Positions 56,378-64,000 of a DNA stretch of 64,000 bases are shown piece after piece; within the stretch, counting starts at the first letter, position 1; each line of letters starts with the position of its first letter. The DNA is from a bacterium. Its GTDB lineage: Bacteria; Patescibacteriota; Minisyncoccia; Phycocordibacterales; UBA2100. The stretch is taken from positions 1,066 to 65,065 of the forward strand of contig RFQR01000003.1 in NCBI GenBank assembly GCA_009924895.1, written 5' to 3'. The notes below the pieces were generated by a model. That model was not told the origin of the DNA, did not search any database, and worked only from the letters and a program-made list of their open reading frames with translations. The translations under genes and the position numbers were made by a program.

Positions 56378-56698
56378 TCAAAAACACACATGGACTTTTT
56401 GAAGAAGCTTTTGCAGGGCATTGCTTGTGAGCGAGTCGATAGTTTTTCCCATCGTTACTTTTTCTGCACTAAACATATTTTGAAGACTGATGTGCGACTC
56501 TTTTATCATTTTTTGTCGCGTGAGCTCACTGTTGAGTAGGGGCAATGAGTTCATTGTTTTTTTTCCATACACACCAAGGAGAATCACGTTTTTGTGATGA
56601 TTGTAGCGATTATTTGAAATGACGACTGCGGGCCTGAGTTTTTTCTCAGATAGATCAGAAAAAGGAAATGCTACGGTGATAATATCGCCCTGCTTCAT
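56378..56698 (-). CDS. mazF: MazF/PemK-family endoribonuclease toxin
   Basis: KQGDIITVAFPFSDLSEKKLRPAVVIS. Confidence 0.75.
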   Translation of the reverse strand: MKQGDIITVAFPFSDLSEKKLRPAVVISNNRYNHHKNVILLGVYGKKTMNSLPLLNSELTRQKMIKESHISLQNMFSAEKVTMGKTIDSLTSNALQKLLQKVHVCF

Positions 56699-56931
56699 GA
56701 AAAATCAAAAAGACTATCGTGTATGGGGTCAGACCAGTCTCGCATGGTGGCGTCAAGAAGTTGCGCATGTTCTCTGTCAGCGCTTTGTGTGAGAGGCTGA
56801 ATGAGAACCACGCCGTTTTGTTCGGTAAATTGCACCGCTCGTGCGCCCGCAAATGCCGGAGAGCGCCGAATTGACTGGGGGAGAGTCACTTGCCCTCGCT
56901 CAGTGACTTTGCTTATTAGTACATTATTCAT
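56695..56931 (-). CDS. mazE: MazE/AbrB-family antitoxin
   Basis: SKVTERGQVTLPQSIRR, the SpoVT/AbrB swapped-hairpin motif. It overlaps mazF by 4 nt. Start chosen at MNNVLISKV. Confidence 0.65.
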   Translation of the reverse strand: MNNVLISKVTERGQVTLPQSIRRSPAFAGARAVQFTEQNGVVLIQPLTQSADREHAQLLDATMRDWSDPIHDSLFDFS

Positions 56932-56963
56932 ATATTCATATAATATGAATATATGAATAATGT
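56921..56963. promoter_or_regulatory. 43-bp near-perfect palindrome (21-bp arms, 1-nt centre) overlapping the mazE start
   Basis: acattattcatatattcatat-a-atatgaatatatgaataatgt; contains TATAAT-like sequences. Confidence 0.65.
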
Positions 56964-57004
56964 CAATCAAGACATTTCCTCACGACTACCGTCGTCGCTT
57001 CTCC

Positions 57005-57535
57005 TCACCCTGCATTCGTGTACACCTCTTCCACATCGTCGTGCTCATCTATTTTTTCAAGAATGCCCATAAGGGTTGCATCGTCCTCGTCTGAGAGTTC
57101 GATTGTGGTTTGGGGTACCCAGCCTTCGCGAGTTTTTTCAAACGCCCAGGTCGCAGAGCCGGGCGAGGCAAGAGAGAGCCCTTGTTCAGAGAGGAGGTGC
57201 TTTATTTCTTGTGCGGTGCGTTTGTGGTTGTCGGTCAACGTTTCAATAACGATGGCGCATCCGCCAGGGCCATAGGTTTCATACGTGATTGCTTCGAGTG
57301 AAGCAGTATCGTGCGCAGCACCCTTTGCGACAGCGCGTTCGATACTATCTTTCGGCATGTTTGACTCCTTTGCCTTTTCAATTGCAGTGCGTAAACCAAC
57401 TGCATTCATATCCCCCTGCGCAAGTCGCGTCTCGACTGCGATACGTTTCCCTAGTTTGCCAAAGAGCTTGCTGCGCGCGGCATCATTTGCACCTTTTTGT
57501 CGCTTAATTTGTGCCCATTTTGAATGACCTGCCAT
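57005..57535 (-). CDS. YebC/PmpR-family transcriptional regulator (short form)
   Basis: MAGHSKWAQIKRQKGANDAARSKLFGKLGKRI. Confidence 0.8.
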   Translation of the reverse strand: MAGHSKWAQIKRQKGANDAARSKLFGKLGKRIAVETRLAQGDMNAVGLRTAIEKAKESNMPKDSIERAVAKGAAHDTASLEAITYETYGPGGCAIVIETLTDNHKRTAQEIKHLLSEQGLSLASPGSATWAFEKTREGWVPQTTIELSDEDDATLMGILEKIDEHDDVEEVYTNAG

Positions 57536-57738
57536 AAGGGTAGAGACTAGTGAATAGCCACTAGGATATAGGAAAAACAGCAAGTCGGGAAGATGCGATA
57601 CACTTTGAGCCATATAATTCCGTGGATTTTAGGACTTTGCCTTCTTGCGTTTCAGGCGACCGTTTTGTTTCTCAAGGTTCAGCCATCTATTTGTGCATGT
57701 GGGTATGTTGCGTTGTAGCACGGTGAAGTACTTTCGAG

Positions 57739-58161
57739 TTGGAATTCACAGACCTTACCGATTGGTACACGTTTTCTCACGTTATCCACGGCTTTTTGTT
57801 CTATCTCTTGTTCTGGTATTTATTCCCAAGACGTAGTGTGTGGCAAAGGCTTCTCATGGCGATGAGTCTTGAAACCGGGTGGGAACTTTTGGAAAACAGC
57901 CCCCTCATCATCGATCGCTACCGAGAAACTGCACTCGCGCTTGGCTATTCGGGAGACAGCATCATCAATTCAGTCAGCGACACGCTTGCAATGACGATGG
58001 GGTTCTTGGCGACTTCCCGAGTGAGCATGGGATACATTGTCACTCTCGCATTATTTTTTGAGGTATATACCGGCTACATGATTCGCGATAACCTTACACT
58101 CAATGTCGTGCAGCTCATTCATCCAAGTGAAGTAATTTCTCGGTGGCAAAGCAGCATCTAG
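57739..58161 (+). CDS. DUF2585/UPF0314-family membrane protein
   Basis: WHE-like ETGWELLEN...IIDRYRE...GYSGDSIINSVSD pattern with four TM helices. Confidence 0.5.
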   Translation: MEFTDLTDWYTFSHVIHGFLFYLLFWYLFPRRSVWQRLLMAMSLETGWELLENSPLIIDRYRETALALGYSGDSIINSVSDTLAMTMGFLATSRVSMGYIVTLALFFEVYTGYMIRDNLTLNVVQLIHPSEVISRWQSSI

Positions 58162-58351
58162 ACATCAAGTGAGCCTGTCATGTTTTTGGGATAGTGCACC
58201 CCAATGTGTTCGTATCCTTTTTCGGTCACAGCGCGACCGCGGGGCGTGAGATGGGGATGGGGCCCCATCGCAAGACCGGACTGAGCACAGGCGAAGGAGG
58301 TTGGGGTCGCACAACTCGCTAGCAAGCGAGTATGCGTGACCGCTCCAATCT

Positions 58352-59383
58352 TTATAGTAGTTTGGACTGCTTCTCTGTTGGTGGTAACTCGCCAATGTGC
58401 TCAAATCCCTTTTTTGTTACCACTCTTCCGCGTGGCGTTCGTTCAAGTAATCCCAATTGCATGAGATAGGGTTCGTTTACTTCTTCTACCGTAGCGTCTT
58501 CTTCGGAAAGGGAAGCTGCAATTGTCTTAAGTCCAACAGGACCGCCCCCAAATTTCTCTACTATAACCGTGAGAAGGTCACGATCTGTTTGATTGAGGCC
58601 CGCTTCGTCAATCTCAAGAAGTGCAAGCGCCTTTTTTACGGTCTTGATGTCGAGTGAGGTTCCCGACACATCGGCAAAATCGCGGGCACGTTTCAAAAGA
58701 TAGTTTGCGGTGCGAGGTGTTGCGCGCGAGCGGCGTGCAATTTCCATAAGCGACTCAGTATCTACCTCGATATCGAGAATTTTCGCCGAGCGTCGGATGA
58801 TTTCTGCAATTTCGTCCACTGTATAGTATTGCAATCGAAACGTGCCGCCCGAAAAGCGCGATCGCAGTGGCGCAGAGAGCATGGAAATGCGCGTTGTTGC
58901 CGCAACGAGTGTGAATGCGGGAAGCTCCAGTTGTACGGTGCGCGCTGAAGGACCTTTACCAATAACAATATCGAGCATGCCCGCTTCCATCGCGGGGTAG
59001 AGCACCTCCTCAATGGTCTTATTCAATCGGTGTACTTCATCAACAAACAAAACGTCGCCCGGTGAAAGGTTGGTGAGGATGGACGCAAGGTCACCGACGC
59101 GCTCAATTGCGGGGCCAGAGGTCGTACGAAGATTTGCGCCGATTTCTCGTGCAATCAGGTGGGCGAGAGTGGTCTTACCGAGACCAGGGGGACCATAGAG
59201 AAGCACATGCTCCGGTTGGTGCTTTCGTCCCTTTGCAGCAGTTAAAAGTATACGCAAGTTCTCTTTAATAGGTCCTTGACCCACGTACTGTTCCCACTGC
59301 GCAGGGCGCAAGGCCTGGTCGAGAGAGCGGGAATTTCCTTCGCTTTTCTCGAGCTCGGTTGAGGAGGAGGCTTGACTTTTCAT
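58352..59383 (-). CDS. ruvB: Holliday junction branch migration ATPase RuvB
   Basis: [18 protein letters not shown]...LFVDEVHRL. Confidence 0.9.
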   Translation of the reverse strand: MKSQASSSTELEKSEGNSRSLDQALRPAQWEQYVGQGPIKENLRILLTAAKGRKHQPEHVLLYGPPGLGKTTLAHLIAREIGANLRTTSGPAIERVGDLASILTNLSPGDVLFVDEVHRLNKTIEEVLYPAMEAGMLDIVIGKGPSARTVQLELPAFTLVAATTRISMLSAPLRSRFSGGTFRLQYYTVDEIAEIIRRSAKILDIEVDTESLMEIARRSRATPRTANYLLKRARDFADVSGTSLDIKTVKKALALLEIDEAGLNQTDRDLLTVIVEKFGGGPVGLKTIAASLSEEDATVEEVNEPYLMQLGLLERTPRGRVVTKKGFEHIGELPPTEKQSKLL

Positions 59384-59735
59384 AAGGCATGTGATAGTAT
59401 TATAACAGATTTGCTTTATGCGCCACTACTTTTCCTAAGTCGAATTTGATTGGGAACACTTTGTCATTATATAAGCACGTTTCAGTGCGGGTTTTGTGTG
59501 TAAAAAGTAAGAGCGCACAAGTCGGGTACACAATTCTCTCATCGCGTGTGACATCGCCAAGGACGACGGCGGTTCTTGCCTTACGAGGCCTGTTGCGGCC
59601 TCCATCCTCAGGTTTCTGTTGCACCTTTTTCAAAAGAGCCGATGAGAGAATTGTACACCTGAAATCAAAACTCAAAATCTGCGAAGACAATAACACTTCA
59701 ATATCGCCACGCAACATGTTTGTGTGGTGTATTGT

Positions 59736-61427
59736 TTATGCAATCGTTTCCAAGAGCACCTCGTCACGCAAATCTACAATTCGTCCAAGTTCATCAAGCG
59801 AGGTGATGCCTTGTAATACTTTTATCGCACCATCTTGCGCCATGCGGCGAATGTTTTGGTGGCGTGCTGCGTGCCAGATGACACGCTCTGATGCAGAGGT
59901 GCGCACCGCCCCTTCAATGTCTTTATCCATGAGAATTACTTCAACAACACCAAGGCGTCCTTTGTATCCAAGTCCGCCACATTTGTCGCAGCCTTTTGCA
60001 ACCCACATCGTGTCGCGATTTTCGGGAAGTCCTTCGGGGTGGGGAATTGTTGCTAAAAGCGGTGCAAGTGTCTTTGCGTCATCGCCCATAATCGGTTTTG
60101 CTTCGCGGCAGTGGGGGCAGAGTTTGCGCACGAGGCGTTGCGCCATCGCGACGGTAACCGCTGCACCCATGATGTCGGCGTTCACCCCCATGTCCAAAAG
60201 GCGTGGGAAGGTACCCGCCGCGTCGTTAGTGTGAAGCGTTGAGAATACCAAGTGACCAGTGAGTGCGGCATGCACGGCGGTTGCGGCAACTTCCGCATCG
60301 CGAATCTCACCCACCATAATGATGTCGGGATCTTGGCGCAAGGTCGAGCGAAGTCCGGAGGCAAACGTGTAATCGCGTGATACCTGAGTCTGCACGATGC
60401 CCGGCAAGTGGTATTCAATCGGGTCTTCAATCGTGATTATTTTGATGCCCGGCTCAGACACCTGGCGCAAAAAAGCGTAGAGTGTCGTTGTTTTACCGCT
60501 TCCGGTGGGCCCTGTGTTCAAAATCAAGCCATTTGGCTTCTGAATCTCTTTTTTGAAAATGTCCATGAGATAGGTATCAAAGCCGAGCGCATCCATGGGA
60601 AGTGCGATTGTTTTAGGATCCAAAATACGCATGACGATGGTTTCGGCTGCGTTACTCGGCAACACGCTGGTACGAATTTCCATCTCACGTTCATTAACCA
60701 CAATGGAGAATCGCCCGTCTTGTGCGGCATTTTTAATGTTGAGTTTGAGGCCAGAGAGGAGTTTGAGGCGCGCAGCAATCAGTGAATAGGTAGGATAATC
60801 AAACGTAAGAGTTTCGACCAACACGCCATCGAGTCGATATCGCATGCGCACCTGTGTCTCTTCGGGCTCGAGGTGCACGTCGGAGGCTCCGAGGGAAAGC
60901 GCACCCGCCATCATAATTTCAAGAATTCGTGAGACGCGGTGTGTGTCTTTGCTGCTCGCATTGTCTACAATCATGTCGCGCAGTTCATTGAGCGTATGCA
61001 CTTGCTCGAGTGTTTTTTGGATAGTTTCGTTCGAAAGCGTCAGAATACCTGCTTCCGACTCAGTAGCAAACGAGAGGTCCTTGTACCGTTCCCATGCATG
61101 CTCAAGCGACGCTTTCGAGGCGATAAAGTGCTTGGTGGTGTACCCAAGCCGCTCAAGTTCCTCGAGAGCCTTCAATGAGTCCGCACGCTCGGGGGAGCGC
61201 ATTGCGACCATGATGCGCTTGTTTACTTTATGAAACGCCGCAACCTCAGTCATGCGCGCTCGTTCCTCGGGGATGAGGCGCAGCGCATCTGTCTCAATTG
61301 ATTTACGGGTGAGGTCGACGTATTCAACGTTGTATTTGGCGGCAAGCATTTCTGCAAGCTGTTCTTCTTCTATACGGCGGAGCTCTTCAAGCCGCTCATC
61401 GCGCTTTGATTCGTCAAACTGAGTCAT
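59736..61427 (-). CDS. GspE/PilB-family type II/IV secretion (type IV pilus assembly) ATPase
   Basis: ILNTGPTGSGKTTTLYAF, the tetracysteine CPHC...CDKCGG, and an N-terminal GSPII_E_N domain. Start at MTQFDESK. Confidence 0.85.
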   Translation of the reverse strand: MTQFDESKRDERLEELRRIEEEQLAEMLAAKYNVEYVDLTRKSIETDALRLIPEERARMTEVAAFHKVNKRIMVAMRSPERADSLKALEELERLGYTTKHFIASKASLEHAWERYKDLSFATESEAGILTLSNETIQKTLEQVHTLNELRDMIVDNASSKDTHRVSRILEIMMAGALSLGASDVHLEPEETQVRMRYRLDGVLVETLTFDYPTYSLIAARLKLLSGLKLNIKNAAQDGRFSIVVNEREMEIRTSVLPSNAAETIVMRILDPKTIALPMDALGFDTYLMDIFKKEIQKPNGLILNTGPTGSGKTTTLYAFLRQVSEPGIKIITIEDPIEYHLPGIVQTQVSRDYTFASGLRSTLRQDPDIIMVGEIRDAEVAATAVHAALTGHLVFSTLHTNDAAGTFPRLLDMGVNADIMGAAVTVAMAQRLVRKLCPHCREAKPIMGDDAKTLAPLLATIPHPEGLPENRDTMWVAKGCDKCGGLGYKGRLGVVEVILMDKDIEGAVRTSASERVIWHAARHQNIRRMAQDGAIKVLQGITSLDELGRIVDLRDEVLLETIA

Positions 61428-61456
61428 AGTGGTTATTGTAGCGTATCGAACGTACA

Positions 61457-61891
61457 ATGAAGTCCATGAATGCACATGATGAGCAGTCTCTCGTACGCGA
61501 GGCGTGCAGCTTTGTGAGCGCACTGGTGCCGAGTGAGCATGCGGTTGTCGTGACCCTCTCGGGTGATTTAGGCACGGGTAAGACGACGTTTGTTCGTGCC
61601 ATGCTTCAAGAACTCGGAGTCCTTGGCGCCGTCATCAGCCCGACATTTGTCCTTGAACGTATCTATTATCCAACGAGAGGTCTGTTCAAAAAGGTGGTGC
61701 ATATTGATGCGTACCGACTAACCAGCGCTCACGAGCTTGAGGCCCTCGGGTGGCGCGACATCCTTGCCGAGCGCGACACGCTCATTCTTTTGGAATGGCC
61801 AGAGATGGTAGCGGACCTCATACCGAAAGAAGCGAAACGAGTTACACTTGCTTTTGTAGAGGATACAAAACGCACGCTTATCTATGGCTGA
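61457..61891 (+). CDS. tsaE: tRNA threonylcarbamoyladenosine biosynthesis ATPase TsaE
   Basis: VVVTLSGDLGTGKTTFVRAMLQELG. Confidence 0.8.
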   Translation: MKSMNAHDEQSLVREACSFVSALVPSEHAVVVTLSGDLGTGKTTFVRAMLQELGVLGAVISPTFVLERIYYPTRGLFKKVVHIDAYRLTSAHELEALGWRDILAERDTLILLEWPEMVADLIPKEAKRVTLAFVEDTKRTLIYG

Positions 61892-64000
61892 AAAAACAAA
61901 ACTCGTTTTGCTGGATTCGCATGCGATTTTACATCGCGCATACCATGCGCTGCCTGATTTTGCCTCCGCAAAAGGAGAGGCAACGGGCGCGCTCTATGGC
62001 CTTGCCGCGATGCTTATAAAAATCGCCCAGGAACTTAAGCCTGACTATATTGTTGCCTGCCGCGATCTTCACGGAAAAACACATCGTCATACCGTCTACG
62101 CTGACTACAAGGCAACGCGCGCACAAGCAGAAGACGCGCTCATCGAGCAGCTCAAAAAGGCACCAGAAGTATTTGCCGCTTTTGGCATCCCCGTCTTTTC
62201 TGCGGCAGGGTACGAGGCGGATGATTGTCTCGGCACCATCGTGCATCAGCTCAAACATAAAAAGAACATCGAGATTATCATCGCAACAGGAGACATGGAC
62301 ACACTGCAGCTCGTCGGCGACAACGTGAAAGTCTTCACGCTGCGCAAAGGGCTCAATGATACGATTATGTACGATAGCGCCGGCGTGCGTGAACGGTACG
62401 GTTTTGGGCCAGAGCATGTAACCGACTACAAAGGTTTGCGCGGCGATCCGTCGGATAACATTAAAGGAATAAAAGGGATTGGCGAAAAGACGGCGACTGA
62501 TTTAATACAGGCGTTCGGTTCGATTGAGGAGCTCTACAAAGTGCTTGAGAAAAGCGAGCAGAAGTTTCTCGATGCTGGCGTAAAGCCGCGTATCATAGAG
62601 CTTTTGAAAGCGGGGAAATCCGATGCGGAATTTTCAAAAAAATTAGCGACTATCAGCCACGACGCGCCGATATCCTTTGCGCTCCCAGAGCATGTATGGC
62701 GCATGTCTGATTATGCGGAAACTATAGTGAAGATGTGCGACGAACTCGACTTTAAGTCACTCAAAGAGCGCGTAAAAAAACAAATAGAAAAACACGCACC
62801 CACGAGCGCCTCGCTCAGCCTCTTTGGCGCAGAACCCGAGCCAGTCAGGCAAGATGTCGATCCTGCTCGGCTCCAAGAAACATCAGTTGCCTGTTGGTTG
62901 GTAAGGTCGGATGTCAGTAACCCGTCACTTGAGGACATACTGCGCTACGCCAAAGTTTCTGACTTTGAACAAGCGCGAACTATTATTTTTAGAGACTTAA
63001 AACAAACGGGGAAACTGCAGGAAGTGTTTGACACGATTGAGAAACCGCTCATCCCGGTCGTCAATCAGATGAACAAAAATGGTATTAAGATCGATGTTCC
63101 TCACATGAAGGGTTTGGTCAAGGAGTATAGCGGCGAACTTAAGAAAATCTCTGTGCGTATTTACAAACATGCTGGACATGAATTTAACATTAATTCGACG
63201 CAGCAGCTTGCAACGGTTTTATACGACGAGCTTCGCATCTCGCTTCCCAAACAAAAGAAAACTGCAACCGGCGCACGCACCACGCGCGAAGAAGAGCTAC
63301 AGAAAATGGCGGACCAACACCCTGTTATTGCCGACGTGCTCGCGTATCGTGAATTGCAGAAGTTAGTCTCAACGTACGTCGAAAAAATACCGAAGCTCGT
63401 AGCGGCGGATGGACGTTTATATACGACATTTGTGCAGGCGGGGACAACGACGGGTCGTATGGCGTGCGAAGAACCAAATTTGCAGAACATTCCTATCAAA
63501 ACCGAATACGGTCGTCGGATTCGCGAGGGTTTTGTAGCACGTAAAGGATTCTCACTTGTTGCGCTCGACTATTCACAAATAGAATTACGCATTGCGGCGG
63601 GTATTTCCGGCGATACGCATCTTGTCGATGCGTTTAAAAAAGGCGAGGATATTCACCGTGCTGTTGCGGCACAAGTCTTTAATGTTCCCGCCGAAAAAGT
63701 AGATGCAGAAATGCGTCGTAAAGCAAAGGTGATCAACTTTGGCATCCTCTATGGTATGGGGGTGAGTGCCTTGCGCGCAGCGCTCGGCACGGAAACGTCG
63801 CGCGAAGAAGCTTCGCGATTTATGGATGAGTACTTTGCAAAATTTCGTGGCCTCGCAAGCTATATCGAACATGCAAAAGTACTCGCAAAACGTCGTGGAT
63901 TTACCGAAACCATCTTCGGTCGCCGAAGGTACTTGCCCGGGCTTCAATCGCCCCTGCCAAACATCCAGGCACAAGCAGAACGTTTTGCGATTAACGCCCC
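61884..64000 (+). CDS. polA: DNA polymerase I, 5' part; continues past the window end (not in the ORF track because there is no stop)
   Basis: A 5'-3' exonuclease domain (LVLLDSHAILHRAYHAL...GYEADDCLGT...GDPSDNIKGIKGIGEKTA) and polymerase motifs (RRKAKVINFGILYGM). Overlaps the tsaE stop (ATGGCTGA). Confidence 0.9.
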   Translation, partial: MAEKTKLVLLDSHAILHRAYHALPDFASAKGEATGALYGLAAMLIKIAQELKPDYIVACRDLHGKTHRHTVYADYKATRAQAEDALIEQLKKAPEVFAAFGIPVFSAAGYEADDCLGTIVHQLKHKKNIEIIIATGDMDTLQLVGDNVKVFTLRKGLNDTIMYDSAGVRERYGFGPEHVTDYKGLRGDPSDNIKGIKGIGEKTATDLIQAFGSIEELYKVLEKSEQKFLDAGVKPRIIELLKAGKSDAEFSKKLATISHDAPISFALPEHVWRMSDYAETIVKMCDELDFKSLKERVKKQIEKHAPTSASLSLFGAEPEPVRQDVDPARLQETSVACWLVRSDVSNPSLEDILRYAKVSDFEQARTIIFRDLKQTGKLQEVFDTIEKPLIPVVNQMNKNGIKIDVPHMKGLVKEYSGELKKISVRIYKHAGHEFNINSTQQLATVLYDELRISLPKQKKTATGARTTREEELQKMADQHPVIADVLAYRELQKLVSTYVEKIPKLVAADGRLYTTFVQAGTTTGRMACEEPNLQNIPIKTEYGRRIREGFVARKGFSLVALDYSQIELRIAAGISGDTHLVDAFKKGEDIHRAVAAQVFNVPAEKVDAEMRRKAKVINFGILYGMGVSALRAALGTETSREEASRFMDEYFAKFRGLASYIEHAKVLAKRRGFTETIFGRRRYLPGLQSPLPNIQAQAERFAINA

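Noticed and set aside
56932-56970. 13-codon N-terminal extension of mazE (MIDIIHIFILYEYM)
   Set aside because: It is the translation of the 43-bp palindrome, which is necessarily open on both strands. The conserved antitoxin begins at MNNVLISKV.

Overview
This 64 kb window reads as a gene-dense chromosomal segment from a reduced-genome bacterium, possibly CPR/Patescibacteria-like (inference only). Supporting that inference: all four tRNA genes lack an encoded CCA, a cca gene sits nearby, there is a Gram-positive-type T4SS-like cluster (VirB2 pilin, PrgI/VirB3-like, VirB4, VirB6-like), a lamin-tail-domain protein and an intein. The window spans the replication-origin neighbourhood (rpmH-rnpA-yidC-jag divergent from dnaA-dnaN, with DnaA boxes) and carries housekeeping genes including nusA (3' end), ppa, tig, clpP, rny, hup, cca, xth, a Xer recombinase, rarA, rpsO, pnp, comM/yifB, prs, a UvrD-like helicase, rsmA, PBP1A, ruvC, ruvB, pilB, tsaE and the polA 5' part.

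The most unusual content is around four tRNA genes at 8.3-14.6 kb. A family of at least five ~95-150 nt structured repeats (two hairpins with compensatory stem changes, conserved cores) always lies antisense to and 3' of a tRNA gene. Behind two of them there is an exact 23-nt direct duplication of the tRNA 3' end with identical boundaries. Two paralogous HTH + LAGLIDADG-like ORFs abut tRNA 5' ends.

Other notable items:
- a 366-aa intein in helicase motif III of the UvrD-like gene;
- a ligT/2H-phosphoesterase gene interrupted by one in-frame TAA;
- four perfect TTTCACGTGAAA palindromes in one 410 bp region;
- a DnaA-box cluster far from dnaA;
- a 43-bp palindrome over the mazEF start;
- AbiEii-like and MazEF toxin-antitoxin modules;
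- a three-gene insertion between rpsO and pnp;
- an apparently split VirB4.

I had no tools, so all protein assignments rest on motifs I recognise by eye.
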